From Squalus acanthias (Eukaryota): 64,000 nucleotides of DNA. A program made the translations under genes and the position numbers. The stretch is taken from contig CM059433.1 in NCBI GenBank assembly GCA_030390025.1, positions 18,168,001 to 18,232,000 of the forward strand, read 5' to 3'. Positions 50,566 through 64,000 of this stretch are shown here, one piece after another. A model generated the notes under the pieces. The model was not told the origin of the DNA. It did not search any database and saw nothing but the letters and a program-made list of their open reading frames with translations. The first letter of the stretch is position 1. Every line of letters starts with the position of its first letter.

Positions 50566-51239
50566 AAGGGTATCTACTTTTCCAATTAATCAGCCAGAAT
50601 ATTTGCAGGACAAAAGCCTTGTGTAAGATACTGTATCATTGTACATCCAGTTAACACCAAGCTTCATACCAATCTGACATACACAACCTCCCAACTTGAG
50701 AATGATTATATACAAATTGTGTAATTTGTATTCTACTTGCCCTCATTCCCATTCCGTTATACTGCTGTATCATGTGTAAGATCAATATTTGGGGACTCTT
50801 GTCTGCCAATTTACTTTATCCATATGGGGGTCCCCCTCCATTGTGGTGGATAATGTAGCATTATTAGTTTTAAAATTGATAAATTGATGCAGTGAAATAT
50901 CTTGTTGCAGTGGATGCAGATTATCTTCAGAGTTTTCAAATCTGTCCTTAAGAGGAAAATCCATTGCCCACGCTTCCTTGATAGCTCACCTGGCCATGGA
51001 AGTAAATCTGAAACACTAAAGTGAACAAATTCAACCCAAACAAGGGATAATTTAATTAGTCTTTTTCTATTCACATCCCCCCCCCCCCCCCCCCCCCCCC
51101 CTGCCAACCAACGATGAACACCTAACCTTAGTACTTGAGCTTTGTAGGAAGCCACTACAGTGAGTATAGGCCTACTGCTGTGGTGGCAGCATTGTTCATT
51201 AATGAGCCTCACTTTTATCAGCAGGCTCCTTCCAGCTTA

Positions 51240-52165
51240 AGGTCAAAAGTGGGGATGTTCGCTGGTGATTACAGTGTTCAGTTCCATTCGTAACTCCTCA
51301 GAAAAAGAAGCAGTCCATGCCCACATGCAGCAAGACCTGGATGACATTCAGGCTTGGGTTGATAACTGGCAGGTAACATTCACGCCACACAAGTGCCAGG
51401 CAATGACTATCTCCAACAAGTGACAGTCTAACCACCGCCCCTTGACATTCAATGGCATTGCCATCGCAGAATCCCCCACCATCAACATCCTGGGGGGGGG
51501 TCACCATTGACCAGAAACTTAACTGGACCAGCCACATAAATACTGTGGCCACAAGAGCAGGTCAGAGGCTGTGTATTCTGCGGCGAGTGTCTCAACTGCT
51601 GAATCCCCAAAACCTTTCCACCATCTACAAGTCACAAGTCAAGAGTGTGATGGAATACTCTCCACTTGCCTGGATGAGTGCAGCTCCAACAACACTCTAG
51701 AAGCTCAACACCATCCAGGACAAAGCAGCCCGCTTGATTGGTACCCCATCCACCACTTTAAACATTCACTCTCTCCACCACCGGTGCACCGTGGCTGCAG
51801 TGTGTACCATCTACAAGATGCACTGCAGCAACTCACCAAGGCTTCTTCGGCAGCACCTGCCAAACCCGCGACTTCTACCACCTAGAAGGACAAGGGCAGC
51901 AGGTGCATGGGAACACCATCACCTGCAAGTGCCCCTCCAAGTTTCACACCATCCTGACTTGGAAATATATCGCTGTTCCTCCATCGTCACTGGGTCAAAC
52001 TCCTGGAACTCCCTCCCCAACAGCACTATGGGAGTACCTTCACCACACAGACTACAGCGGTTCAAGAAGGCGGCTCACCACCACCTTCTCGAGGGCAATT
52101 TGAGATGGGCAATAAATGCTGGCCTTGCCAATGACGCCCACATCCCAGGAACAAATTTTTAAAAA
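51240..52165 (+). mobile_element. LINE family B 3' fragment
   Basis: Homologous to about 5020-6320. Confidence 0.85.
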
Positions 52166-53599
52166 GTTAGTAAAATGAAGCTGCTAATTTGTACTGAATT
52201 ATGGATTGTTTTGCTGTAGAATTATTTTCCTCAGCAGCTGGATTGAAACTGCTTAAACTCGTTTCATGTTGGACCCTTTATCAGTTTGAATTGAATTTGA
52301 TTCCACTCATGGAAGTGAAAAGATGGTGTTGCAGCTCTCTATGCCAGTCCTTTGTTAAAAGCATTAAACTGATCGTAAACACATTTAGCACACTTCCAAA
52401 ATAATTTTAAGAACAATGGTAGCCTTGATAAATTTGCTACATGTCTAGTATTTTGTTCTTGGGCACCTTTTACACTTATGTCAACAAAGTGCCTTGGGTT
52501 GACTAGTTGTCAATCTCTGATGGTTGCTCCGTGTCAATAATGCTGCTAAAATTTCCAACGGGAAACATTGAGAGAAAAACAACACAATGATTCTTTTTCT
52601 GGTCTGAAAAACAACTTTGCTGTCTTTTTGGTGAACTCCATGTTACAATACCACTGATTGTCACTTGTAATGCTCATTAGCTAAATTATTTTTCTGTTAG
52701 GATTTTTATTCTCTTCTGTGCTCTGCCCGCAGAGAAAAATAATTTCTTCTCAAAATTTGACTACACTATACATGTTGCATGTGTTACTGCAACGCATTCC
52801 AAGAAAGTAGAGCCAAAGGACCTCGAGGGAAATTATTGCAAAGTAAGTTTGAAACAGATATTGTGAAATCTTGTCTTCAAAAAGAGCTAAATGTTTGGGG
52901 TTATTCAAAATAAACTTGGTTGCCTTGAAGGGAGAGTTAATGTATTGAATGAATTTGCTTCATTGGGCTGAGTGGCCTTTTCTCATCCGCGACTTTCCTT
53001 GTGTTCTTGTATCTCAGTTAGATGCGAGCCAAAGTTTTGTTTCCTTGTTCAGTTAATCCTTGTAATGGAAAAAGAGATGTGCAGCTATTACTGCTGAGTT
53101 CAGGATAACTAAAAAGGGTTCACTTTAATGGAAAGTGTTGCTCTTATGTGAAATTTGTTTTTGTGGAAAGCTGTAAGGGCTTGTCCTCTGGTTCAGTGAG
53201 ATAAACCTGTAGCTAAGATAGTATCTTTTACAATGTTCAGCTGATTTTATTCTGAAAAGGGAACAGAGGGTTATGCTGATAGATTTAGATGAGGAAGGAC
53301 GGGAGGAGGCTCGAGTGGTTGGGCCGAATGACCTGTTTCTGTGCTGTATATCCTATGTAATCCTATGTATTGGTAATTTTAGGGAAAGAGAAAACTAGAT
53401 TGATATTTCCAACAATAAGAAGTCTAATGAATGTACTGCTTTATAACATTTTTAGTTTTTCAGGGGTTAGTGCTAACACTGGATACAGTTATTTCACTCT
53501 ATTCTAACATGTTCTAGGAAATTTGAGGCTAAATAGGAATTGATCATATTTCTGCCCCAAATGTTCAACCTCCATGTAAGATTGTGAATTGTCATCCGA

Positions 53600-54000
53600 T
53601 AAGAACATAAGAAATAGGAGCAGGAGTAGGCCATTCGGCCCTTCGAGCCTGCTCCGCCATTCAGTGAGATCATGGCTGATCCTCTGTCTCAACTCTATTC
53701 ACCGGCCCTATCGCCATATCCCTTGATGCCCTTACTAGTCAGAAATCTATCGACTTCTGTTTTGAATATACCCAATGACTGAGCCTCCACAGCCCTCTGG
53801 GGTAGAGAATTCCAAAGATTCACCACCCTCTGTGAAGAAATTTCTTCTCATCTCAGTCCTTGAATGGCCTACCCTTTATCTTGAGGCTGTGGCCCCTGGT
53901 TCTAGACTCCCCAGCCAAGGGAAATATTCTCCCAGCATCCATCCTATCAAGTCCTGTAATAATTTTGTATGCTTCAATGAGATCCCCTCTCATTCTTCTG
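53600..54000 (-). mobile_element. CR1 3' fragment
   Basis: Same subfamily as 10807-11245. Confidence 0.85.
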
Positions 54001-54584
54001 ATGAGGGAAAATGGTCATGTAGAGAGACACACTCGGTCACTTGGTTTGATGTTTTTATTCGGGGAAAAAATAAGGATGAAGTTCCCGTTCCTGGCAACAG
54101 GCTTGATAAGAAATTGTCAGATGCTTTTGCAGTTTTGATTGAAGTTTGCTGTGTGATGCCATCTTGGCTTAGTGGTAGCACTTGCCTGTTGAGCCAAACA
54201 TAATCTAGGCTGACACTTCACTGCAGTTCTCTGAGGGTGTGATGCCTTGTTGGAGACGCTGTCTTTTGGATAAGATGTTCAAGTGAGGCCCTGTGGACCT
54301 AAAAGATTCCACAGCATTATTTGAAGAAGAACAAGAAAGTTCCAGGTGTCCTGGCGAACATTTGTTCCTCAACCAGCACCACCAAAACAGAATAACTGAT
54401 CATTTATCTCAGTTGCTGTTTGTGAGAACTTGCTGCCTCTTTTGCCTCCATAACAATGGTGACTACTTGACTTCAAAGGTCCTTCATTGATTGTGACACA
54501 TTTCCTGAAGCTGTGACACATTTCCTGAAGCTGTGAAAGGTGTTATATAATTAGAATTCTCTCCTTCCTCCTCTTTTTTTCTTC

Positions 54585-55040
54585 AGCCCATCTTCTGCTG
54601 AAAGTCATCCATGCCTTTGTCGCCTCCAGACTCAACAAATACAATGCTCTCCTAGCCAGCCTTCAGTTCATTCAAAACTATCCCGCAGCAAGTCCTGTTC
54701 ACCCAGCACCCCTGTCCCCACTGACCTACATTGCCACCTGGTTCCCTGTGCTTCAAATTTAAAATTCTCGGACTTGTGATAAATTTCATCATTGTGCTAC
54801 CCTTTCCTATCTCTCTAAGCTCTTCCAGCCCTAGAACTCCGCCTGAACCCTCCAATAAGGCCTGTTGTACCTCCACCGCCCCTCTTTCCCCCACCCCCCC
54901 ACACCACACCATTGGCAGCCGTGCCTTCAGCTGTCTAGTCTCAGCACTCTGCAATTCCCTCCTTAAACCCCTCTGACTCTCCACTTCCCTCTCCTCCTGT
55001 AATACCTGCTGAAACCCACTTCTTTGACCAAGATGCTCCA
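54585..55040 (+). mobile_element. L2 LINE fragment
   Basis: IHAFVASRL and HCHL..FKFKIL remnants typical of the L2 ORF2 C-terminus. Confidence 0.65.
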
Positions 55041-55059
55041 TCTAAAACCTAATATAGGG

Positions 55060-58000
55060 ATGGCAGTGCAGGTGGTGTGCCTCAACTGCAGCATGTGGGA
55101 GTTTGTGGAGAGCCTTGTGATCCTGGACAACCACGTTTGCAGTAAGTGCCTACATCTTGAGGAACTTCAGCTCAAGAGTTGTTGAGCTGGAGTCTGAGGT
55201 GCAGACATTGCGGGGCATCAGGGAGGAGGAGAGTTACCTGGACACTTTGATCCAGGAGGCAGTCACACCCCTTAGGTTAGGTAGTGGTACAGGTCTGGTT
55301 AGTGGTCAGGGACAGGAGGGTGTGACTGCAACTCAGGCAGGTAAGGGGACCCCAGGTGAAGTGCTGGAGGAGCCTCCGCATTTGTCTTTATCCAACAGGT
55401 ATGAGGTTCTTGCTACCTTTGTGGATGAGGGAAAAGCCTGCAGGATGGATGAGCAAGCTGACCATGGCACCAGTGGTGCAGGAGGCCATTCAAGTGGGGG
55501 GAGGGGGGGGGGGGGCGGTGAAAGGGAATGTAGTTGTGGTAGACAGGGCTTTAAACTAATGTGGGGGGAGGATTCAGGAAAGAGTAAATTTAAAAGCAGC
55601 AAGAGAAATGTCAAGGCTCTAGAGCAGAGCAGCAAGGGGCAGAAAACATTGGTGGGAATTGTTTATAGGCCCCCAAACAGTAGTTGTAATGTAGGGCAGA
55701 GTATAAATTAGGAAATTAGAGGCGCATGTAACAAGGGTAATACAGTAATCATGGGGGACTTTAATTTACATATAGAGTGGGTGAACCAAATTTGCAACAA
55801 TAGTGTGGCAGACAAATTCATGGAATGTATACAAGATAGTTTTCTAGATCAGTATGTTGAGAACCAGCTAGGGAACAGGCTATTTTAGATCTAGTATTGT
55901 GCAATGAGAAAGGGTTAATTAATAGTCTTGTAGTAAAGGAGTCCTTAGGGAAGTGTGATCATAATATGATAGAATTTTATATTAAGTTTGAAAGTGATTT
56001 AGTTAAATCTGAAACTAGGGTCTTAAATCTAAACAAAGCAAACTACGTAGGTATAAGAGTCGACTTGGCTAAGGTAGATTGGGAAACTACATTAAAAGGT
56101 ATGATGGTAGACAAGCAATGGCTAGCATTTAAAAAAAACAATTCATAATTTACAACAAATATACATTCCTTTTAAGGCACTGAAACCCCACAGGAAAAGT
56201 GGTCCAACAGTGGCTAACAAGAGAAGATAAAGATAGTATTAGATCAAAGGAAGAGGCTTATAAGGTTGCCAAAAAGAGCAGTAAGCCTGAGGATTGGGAG
56301 GATTTTAGAATTCAGCAAAGGAGGACCAAGAAATTGATAAGAAAGGGAAAATAGAATATGAAAGTAAACTAGTGAGAGACATAAAAACAGACTATTAAAG
56401 CTTCTATAGGTATGTACAAAGGAAAAGATTAGTGAAAGTAAATGTGGGTCCCTTACAGACTGAGACAGGAGAAATTATAATGGGGAATAAGGAAATGGTT
56501 GGGAAATTAAACAAATACTTTGTGTCTGTCTTCATGGAAGAAGATGCAAAAAACCTCCTGGAAATAGTGGAGAACCAAGGGTCTAGCGAGAATGAGGAAC
56601 TGAAAGAAATTAGTATTGGTAAAAAAAAAAGTACTGGAGAAATTAATGGGACTGAAAGCTGATAAATCCCCTGGACCTGATGGCCTACATCCTAGGGTTT
56701 TGAAAGAGGTGGCTACAGAGAGAGTGGATGCATTGGTTGTCATCTTCCAAAATTCCATAGATTCTAGATCGGTTCCTGCGGATTGGAAGGTAGCAAATGT
56801 AACCCCACTATTTAAGAAAAGAGGCAGAGAGAAAACGAGGAACTACAGACCAGTTAGCCTGACATCAATAGTAGGGAAAATGCTAGAATCTATTATTAAG
56901 GACGTGGTAACAGGGCACTTAGAAAGTAATAATCGGATTAGGCAGAGTCAACACTGATTTATGAAAGGGAAATCATGTTTGACGCATCTGTTAGAGTTTT
57001 TTGAGGTTGTAACTAGCAGAATAGATGAGGGCGAACCAGTGGATGTGGTGTTTTTGGATTTCAGAGGGCATTTGATTAGCTGTCACACGAGGTTATTACA
57101 CAAAATTAGGGCTAATGGGATTGGGGATAATATACTAGCATGGACTGTCTGTGTGGAGTTTGCACATTCTCCCCGTGTCTGCGTGGGTTTCCTCCGGGTG
57201 CTCCGGTTTCCTCCCACAGTCCAAAAATGTGCGGGTTAGGTTGATTTGGCTATGATAAATTGACCCTTAGTGTTAGGGGGGGATTAAATATGTGGGTTAT
57301 GGGGATAGGATGGGATATGTTAGGGGGAATTAAATACGTGGGGTTACGGGGGTAGGGTGGGATATGTGTACTGTGGGGATTATAGCAGGGACAGGGTACT
57401 GGATTTGGATGATCAGCCATGATCGTATTGAATGGTGGAGCAGGCTCGATGGGCCGAATGGCCTACTCCTGCTCCTAGATTCTATGTTTCTATGTTGCTA
57501 TGATTGAGGATTGGTTAATGGACAGGAAACAGAGAGTAGGAATAAACGGGTCAATTTCAGATTGGCAGGCTGTAACTAGTGGAGTACCGCAAGGATCAGT
57601 GCTTGGGCCTCAGCTATTCACAATTTATATCAATGATTTGGATGAGGGGACCAAATGTAATATATTCAAGTTTGCTGCTGATGCAAAGCTAGGTGGGAAT
57701 GTAAGTTGTGAGGAGGATGCAAAGAGGCTTTAAGGAGATATAGACAGGCTAAGTGAGTGGGCAAGAACATGGCAAATGGAATATAATGTGGAGAAATGTG
57801 AAGTTATCCACTTTGGTAGGAGAAATAGAAAAGCAGAGTATTTTTTAAATGGTGAGAGATTGGGAAATGTTGGTGTTCAGAGGGACCTGTGTGTCCTTGT
57901 ATACGAATCACTGAAAGTTAACATGCAGGTTCAGCAAGCAATTAAGAAAGCAAATGGCATGTTGGCCTTTATTACAAGAGGATTTGAGTATAAGAGTAAA

Positions 58001-58585
58001 GATGTCTTACTGCAATTATATAGGGCCCTAGTGAGACCACCCTAGAGTATTGTATACAGTTTTGGTCTCCTTACCTAAAGGAAGTGCAACAAAGGTTCAC
58101 CAGACTGGTTCCTGGGACAGGGGGGGCGGGGGGGGGTTGTCCTAATGAGGAGAGATTGAGTAGACTAGGCCTATATTCTCTGGAGTTTAGAAGAATGAGA
58201 GGCGGTCTCATTGAAACATACAAAATTCTTACAGGGCTTGACAGGGTAGATGCAGGGAGGATGTTTCCTCTGGCTGGGGAGTCCAGAACCAGGGGTCACA
58301 GTCTCAGAATAAGGGGTTGGCCATTTAGGACTGAGATGAGGAGAAATGTCTTCACTCAGAGGGTGGTGAATCTTTGGAATTCTCTACCCCAGAGGGTTGT
58401 GGAGGCTCAGTCGTTGAGTATATTCAAGACAGAGATCGATAGATTTTTGGATATCAAGGGATATGGGGTTAGTGCAGGAAAGTGGAGATGAGGTAGAAGA
58501 TCAACGATGATCTTATTGAATGGCGGAGCTGGCTCGAGGGGCCAAATGGCCTATTCCTGCTCCTATTTCTTATGTTCTTGTATGT
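55060..58585 (+). mobile_element. Degraded CR1 LINE with internal deletions (ORF1 start to 3' tail)
   Basis: Fragmented ORF1 (LSNRY) and ORF2 ([34 protein letters not shown]). Confidence 0.9.
57145..57496 (+). mobile_element. V-SINE (HE1-like), 5'-truncated, nested in the CR1
   Basis: V-domain TGTGTGGAGTTTGCACATTCTCCCCGTGTCTGCGTGGGTTTCCTCCGGGTGCTCCGGTTTCCTCCCAC and a CR1-derived 3' tail with (TTCTATGT)n. Confidence 0.85.
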
Positions 58586-59783
58586 ACCTGCCAGCCTTGA
58601 TGTCTTCTTTAATTTAACCCCTTTAAAGGACATTTTAAAATAACTCACATCTGAACATTTCCATGGAAAATTGGTCAAAAATTCCAGAAATATGACAAAC
58701 ATTAATAACCTTTTTATGATTAGGTGACCAGAATGATATGCAGTATTGGGTAAGGACAGGATTGAGTTGTACTTTGATGGCTCTCATGGATAAGATCATA
58801 GGAGACCTGTCACTCATAGATCAATATTCTGGCAACAGTTACTGCCTTCGAGTAAGGAGCTGTAAGGGGTGAAAATTCAGAAGATGAAAATACTTACTTT
58901 CCTGAACCTCTTTAAATATTATTCACCGTTGTCACTTATGCATCTTTATGAATTTTTGTTTCATTTTATGCAGTGAGAACTGGTCTAGCTATACAGATGC
59001 GTGCACTTTTCCAATGGTCATAGAAGTAATCAGCCCTTAGAGGTAACTCATGAAAAAAGCTCATATTTAGGGAGCCCCATGGCTGATAGCAACACTATGT
59101 TTAGCAAAAAAAAATGATCGGACTATGTTAAAGACTGTAATCCATTCTTTGTGTTCAGATCATCACAAACCTCAAGCAGTTCAGGATGTAATCTGAACCA
59201 GTTGAGTAATAACCGTGTAAAATGCTTCTGAGCATCTGTTCCATTTCATCAACTCCATTAATTTCATTTGTCATTACACATCACTTTTGCAGATGTTCAG
59301 TGATACAGATCATGCATACTTAGAAATGTAAAAGTAATCTGATATCTGGTCTCTGACTGCTGTAGAAAAATGCAAAAAATTAGTTTAACTTTTCCTTTGC
59401 ACGTTTTCAAAACTGTGTCTCTTTCAGTTTTTTTTGCCTATGTTGTAATTATTTTTCTGTTTAATTTGGTGCAAGTTTTTTTTTAAATGCTTCTGCAGAG
59501 CCCGTTGGAGAGAATAATGGAGATATGGTAGTGATTGAGAAAATTTCATCAAGGGGTTCAAATGACACACCTGTTCTCATTTACATTGTTATTTGAATGC
59601 TGAGATTATCTTCTTTGTAATTGTACCGTTTTTTATAGTACGAATTGTCTTCTGGTATCTATAAAATATATGCTCTATACAGCTTTACTAAAGAATTAAA
59701 ATTGTGACAGCACTATAAGATTACAAAACTTTAATCGGCAGTAGACCTCTAGGACAGAATTTTGTTTTGTGTATATATTACAT

Positions 59784-60482
59784 TGGCCAAAAATTTGCGA
59801 TCGGAGGCTTCCCGCGGGCGGAGGCCTCCGACCTGTAAAAAATCTACGAATTTGCCTGATGGGCCGGGTGGTATGGAGATTTGCGATCCTGGGCCTCTCC
59901 GGGTCCACGCGGGCACAGGCCCACGTATCCCAGGAGCGCAGGCGGTTCGCAAGCGCCCCTGGGATCATGTGGGCTGGCCCAACCAATAAAAGAAGGGAAT
60001 CTCAATTCATACTTATGGGAGTTCCGTACGTACTGAAACCCCATAAGTATGAACTGGGATCACTTAAAAAATACACGAACACCTGAAATAAATGTAAAAA
60101 AAATTACATATTTAATTAAATGGCATTTTAATTAATTTTAAATATTTTAAACATTTAATTTTTTGACTTTTTTAATGTTTTAACGAGGCTAAAAATGAAC
60201 TTACCCCATTGGACAAGGTTTTTAATGTATAAATGAGTGATAAAATTTTATTTTTCTAATTTTTAAAACTCTTATGCTGGTAGGCCTGCTTTTACCAGGC
60301 ATAAGAATTTCACGGGCATTCAGCGGGCGAAAGTTGGGCAAATAGCGCAACTCTCCACCCGCGGAGGCCCATCTCCCGGGGATGCGGAGGATCTGTCAAG
60401 AAGATTCTTGACGGATCGCAAGTGCCGGGTTTTAGCGCATGCACTTCGCCTACACAATCGTAGGGGTCGCAAAATACTGCCC
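59784..60482 (-). mobile_element. MITE family A, copy 2
   Basis: Ends TGGCCAAAAATTTGCGA ... TCGCAAAATACTGCCC. Reverse-complement similarity to 2469-3279. Confidence 0.75.
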
Positions 60483-61100
60483 GTTATGTAATGGCATTGT
60501 GACATGCTGCATGATTTCCAGGAAAACAGTATTCATAGTTTGAGCACTTGCCATTTTTACTATGACACTATGGTATGTGCTAAAATTATGTGTAATGCTC
60601 TGGAAATTATTGCCTTTTAATAAGATCAGGATATCATTTTAGAAAGGTGCTTACTTGGGTAGAATTGCACATTATTTGATCTGGGCTTTTTGAAAAGAAA
60701 AATGATCCTCCAGTTGTCCTAAAACAAATATAGCTCACTAGCTGAAGTAAATTATACCTCGCCATCATGGACTTTGGAATGCTAAAGATGCCATTTATCT
60801 TTTTCGGAATAAAACTTCAGTATCAATACACAGTCAGTGTAAAAGTTACATCGTACCTTTGTTTCCATACTCGGATCAGATTCTTCCTATATAGCATGTA
60901 TCCTTTCTTATAAAGTTTTCCTATAAACTTATCATTTTCTGTATGTGAAAATGCAGGAAGAATGCAATTAATGTCAGAAATGTTATGGCTGCATTCCCTC
61001 TGCAACTGTAGTTTGTGTGTGTGACAGTTTTAAGAGTCAGGCTGTGCTCTGGATCTGCATTATAACTTTAGCATCCATGTAAAGTGAAATCAATCGGGAA

Positions 61101-61318
61101 CGATGCGCCCACCTGCTCCACAAGTGGAAGATGAGGGACGACCTGAAGTGCGACTGTGGCCATGAGTCCCAGACCCTGGAACACATCACATCAACCTGCC
61201 CACTAAGAGCTGTTGAGGGAGGCACCTCATTCCTCCACTCGGCATCTCAGGAGGCCATCGGATGGAGAGCCAAACTGGACATCCCATTATCAGCTTTTCC
61301 TGTCATACGAAACAACAA
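61101..61318 (+). mobile_element. LINE 3' fragment with a CCHC zinc knuckle (Ingi/Vingi/I-group-like)
   Basis: RCAHLLHKW...CDCGHESQTLEHITSTCP, an (AAC)n tail, and a 10-bp TSD CAATCGGGAA/CAATCAGGAA. Confidence 0.7.
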
Positions 61319-62102
61319 CAATCAGGAATGGGAATCTTCGCCAACTGTTTTATTCTTTGTTCACTAGTTAACCATACTAATGCCTATTGGAGTGCCCCAA
61401 TACAGCTTTGGCTAAGATTGGTTCACTCAGTACAGACTAGGGATGGAATCTTGACTCTGGGGCCTGTGCGACTCAGTGTCACCACCATGAGCTTCAGGAA
61501 TGCATCCTCACGTTTATACTTAATCCGCAATTCCTATTTATAAAAGGAGCACCGTAGTAATCCATTAGTTTGCGGTATATTTTCACCTGTAACATTTCTT
61601 TAACTGGCGTTCTAACAAGACAATCAAATATTGATTTACTGTTTGTGATATCCCTGTTTGAGGTAACTTTGAAGCCTTGATATTCATTCCACAGTTGGGT
61701 CATGTAGATAATCTTGGTACGATTTAGAAATGCACATGAAACAAGCTGCAGATATCCATAGGAATTGCTAGACAAAACGAGACCAAGGCCCATCTAGTTC
61801 GCCTTCTACCAGCCTCTTAGTCGCCTGATACAATGATAATGGAGTTGTTAACTAATCATAGCAATCAATTTCTATCAATTAGTTTACATCAGACCCGTAA
61901 ATGACACGAGGATAAACCCCAATGGTGGAGAGCTACACTTACCATGACATGTCTCAAATTATTCATATACTGTATCCCACAATGTTATTTTCTGACAGTT
62001 TTTACTTTAGGTTGAATACTGTATTTGGTTTTTGGAGGTTGACATGCTTCAAACTGTAGCAGTGTTTCTTCATTCTGAGGTTTCATTTGAGGTGGTTTTT
62101 AA

Positions 62103-62818
62103 TGGCCCGTAATTTCCGATAGGAGGCATCCGCACGCAGGAAGCCTCCTATCGGGAAAAAAATCTATGAACTTACCTGAGGGCTCCTGGGCCTGTCCACA
62201 GTCGAAATGCACAGGGCCCACGTGTCCCAGAAGCGCAGGCAGTTCGCAAGCGTCCCTGGGATCACGTGGGCCAGGCCAGCCAATAGCAGAAAGGAATCTC
62301 CCTTCATACTTTTGACAGATAGACCTGTCAAATATATGAATGGAGATCACCCCAAAAACACACAAACATTAAATACATTTTTAAAAACGCATCATGTTTT
62401 TAAAATTACATTAAATTTAATATTTTAAACAAATTTAATTTTTTGAAAAAAATAATTAGTTTTTTACAGGGCTAAAAATAAACTTTTTTTAAGAAGTATT
62501 TTTAAATTATAAATGAGTGGGGAAAAAATGTTTTTTTTTCAACTCTAATGCTGGTAAAAGCAGGCCTTACGCCTGCTTTTACCAGGCGTAAGATTTCTAA
62601 GGGTTTTCAGCGGGCGGAGGTTCTGCAGAAAGTGGAACTCTTCCCCCCCGCAGAGGCCCTTCTCCAGGGCAGGCGTCCGATCTGTCAAGATTCTTGACAG
62701 ATCGGAAATGCCGATTTTCAGCGCATGCGCTTCACATGCCTGAAACCGGCATTTCCGATGTCCCTAGGGGTGTGTACACAGCCCGTACACACCCGTAGGC
62801 ATCGGAAAATACGGGCCA
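62103..62818 (-). mobile_element. MITE family A, copy 3
   Basis: Ends TGGCCCGTAATTTCCGAT ... ATCGGAAAATACGGGCCA, with multiple internal palindromes. Confidence 0.8.
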
Positions 62819-63294
62819 ATAAGTAGAAATATACATTGTTTAACCGCATTCAGTGCATGACATCTATTGGGTTAATTATAGTAACTGGTTATTATGTTGT
62901 AACTTTACTACTGTAAGTCCATGCAGTCAGGTGGCAATGTAAAAAAAATATATTGCAATACCACTGGACCCAATCTACATGATAGGGTTAGATAAAGAGA
63001 GATGGGAGAAGGCTCGTGTGGAGCATAAACACTGGCATGGACCAGTTGGGCTGAATGGCCTTTTTGTGTGCTGTACATTCTATGTAATACATCTGTTTAG
63101 TTCCTGTCTAAAATTTATATTGAATTACTTATTTGTACAGTATAAACAGTATTCCATGGCTTATTGCAAATTTGATACCCACACCACCACCACCTTGCAT
63201 CTTCTGAGCAATAGTTAGGGACTTGATAAGCATCCGTGTAACTTCTTCAAGAGTGTGGAGATGCCGGCGTTGGACTGGGGTGGACAAAAATGAG

Positions 63295-64000
63295 AAGTCG
63301 CACAACACCAGGTTATAGTCCAACAGATTTATTTAATTTTACAAGCTTTCGGAACAGTTCGCTCCTTCGTCAGGTAAGTTAGCAGTGAGAGAATCTCCCA
63401 GAATTCACAATTTAAACACAGACAAAATATATTCAAATCTTTCCTACATCAAAGAGCACAGCCAAGACAATGAGATGTGTCCCAGGGGGTCCAACGTGTC
63501 AAACCACCTGCTGGCTGCATATCCTGTCAATCTGTGTAGGTTCTTGTGTTAGTCTTTTTAAAAAAAAAAACACCTGGGAAGACTGGCCATGATGTCAAGT
63601 CACGTTCTGTATCATGACATGAACCCGATATCGCGATTGAGGCCATCCTCATGAGTGCGGAACTTGGCTATCAGTTTCTGCTCTATGATTTTGCGCTGTC
63701 GTGTATCCCGAAGGCCGCCTTGGAGAACGCTTACCCGCATATCCGAGGCTGAATGCCTCTGGCTGCTGAAGTGTTCCCCGATTGGGAGGCAACCCTCCTG
63801 CCTGGCGATTGTTGCGCGGTGTCCGTTCATACGTTGTCTCAGTGTCTGCATGGTCTCGCCGATGTACCATGCTCTGGAGCATCCTTTACTGCAACGTATC
63901 AGGTAGACAACGTTGGATATGCAGCCAGCAGGTGGTTTGACACGTTGGACCCCCTGGGACACATCTCATTGTCTTGGCTGTGCTCTTTGATGTAGGAAAG
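63295..64000 (-). mobile_element. Penelope-like family 2, 5'-truncated with an inverted terminal segment (runs off the window)
   Basis: GIY-YIG motifs NVVYLIRC...WYIGET...RMNGH...GLNRD. 63915-64000 is the reverse complement of 63439-63524. Confidence 0.9.
63339..63377 (-). ncRNA. Minimal hammerhead ribozyme (Penelope family 2)
   Basis: Minus strand reads TTAC-CTGACGA-a-GGAGC-gaact-GTTCC-GAAA-GC-TT-GTAA. Confidence 0.78.

Noticed and set aside
51077..51101. Long poly-C tract (also near 40685, 41435, 45250) as a functional G-quadruplex
   Set aside because: Simple homopolymers, mostly within repeats, with lengths that are unreliable in assemblies.
52700..52842. Candidate internal exon ending AA|GTAAGT
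   Set aside because: No recognisable RhoGEF or other peptide. Splice signals alone are insufficient.

Overview
Vertebrate genomic DNA, very probably from a shark or other elasmobranch (inferred from HE1-like V-SINE, SacSINE1-like DeuSINEs and abundant CR1 LINEs). The one clear host gene is CLN8 (+ strand, coding exons 9025-9567 and 12085-12399, about 285 aa, C-terminal KKxx motif). A CpG-rich region ending in a consensus splice donor at 37180/37181 is probably the non-coding first exon of the next gene, possibly ARHGEF10 by vertebrate synteny. No coding exon of that gene was recognised. Most of the remainder is mobile DNA: a near full-length CR1 LINE, many CR1, L2 and other LINE fragments, two Penelope-like families with minimal hammerhead ribozymes, a 1.26 kb solo LTR, an internally inverted Buster/Charlie-type hAT, a Tigger-like MITE, and two longer MITE families. 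One of these MITE families is a chain of hairpins whose pairing is kept across divergent copies. I see no clear-cut novel biological system. The best unexplained signals are that hairpin-chain MITE, a thrice-repeated exact 15-mer downstream of CLN8, and a CR1 with extra unique 3' sequence inside a young CpG-rich 14-bp minisatellite. Coordinates were counted by eye, and repeat boundaries without TSD support are approximate.
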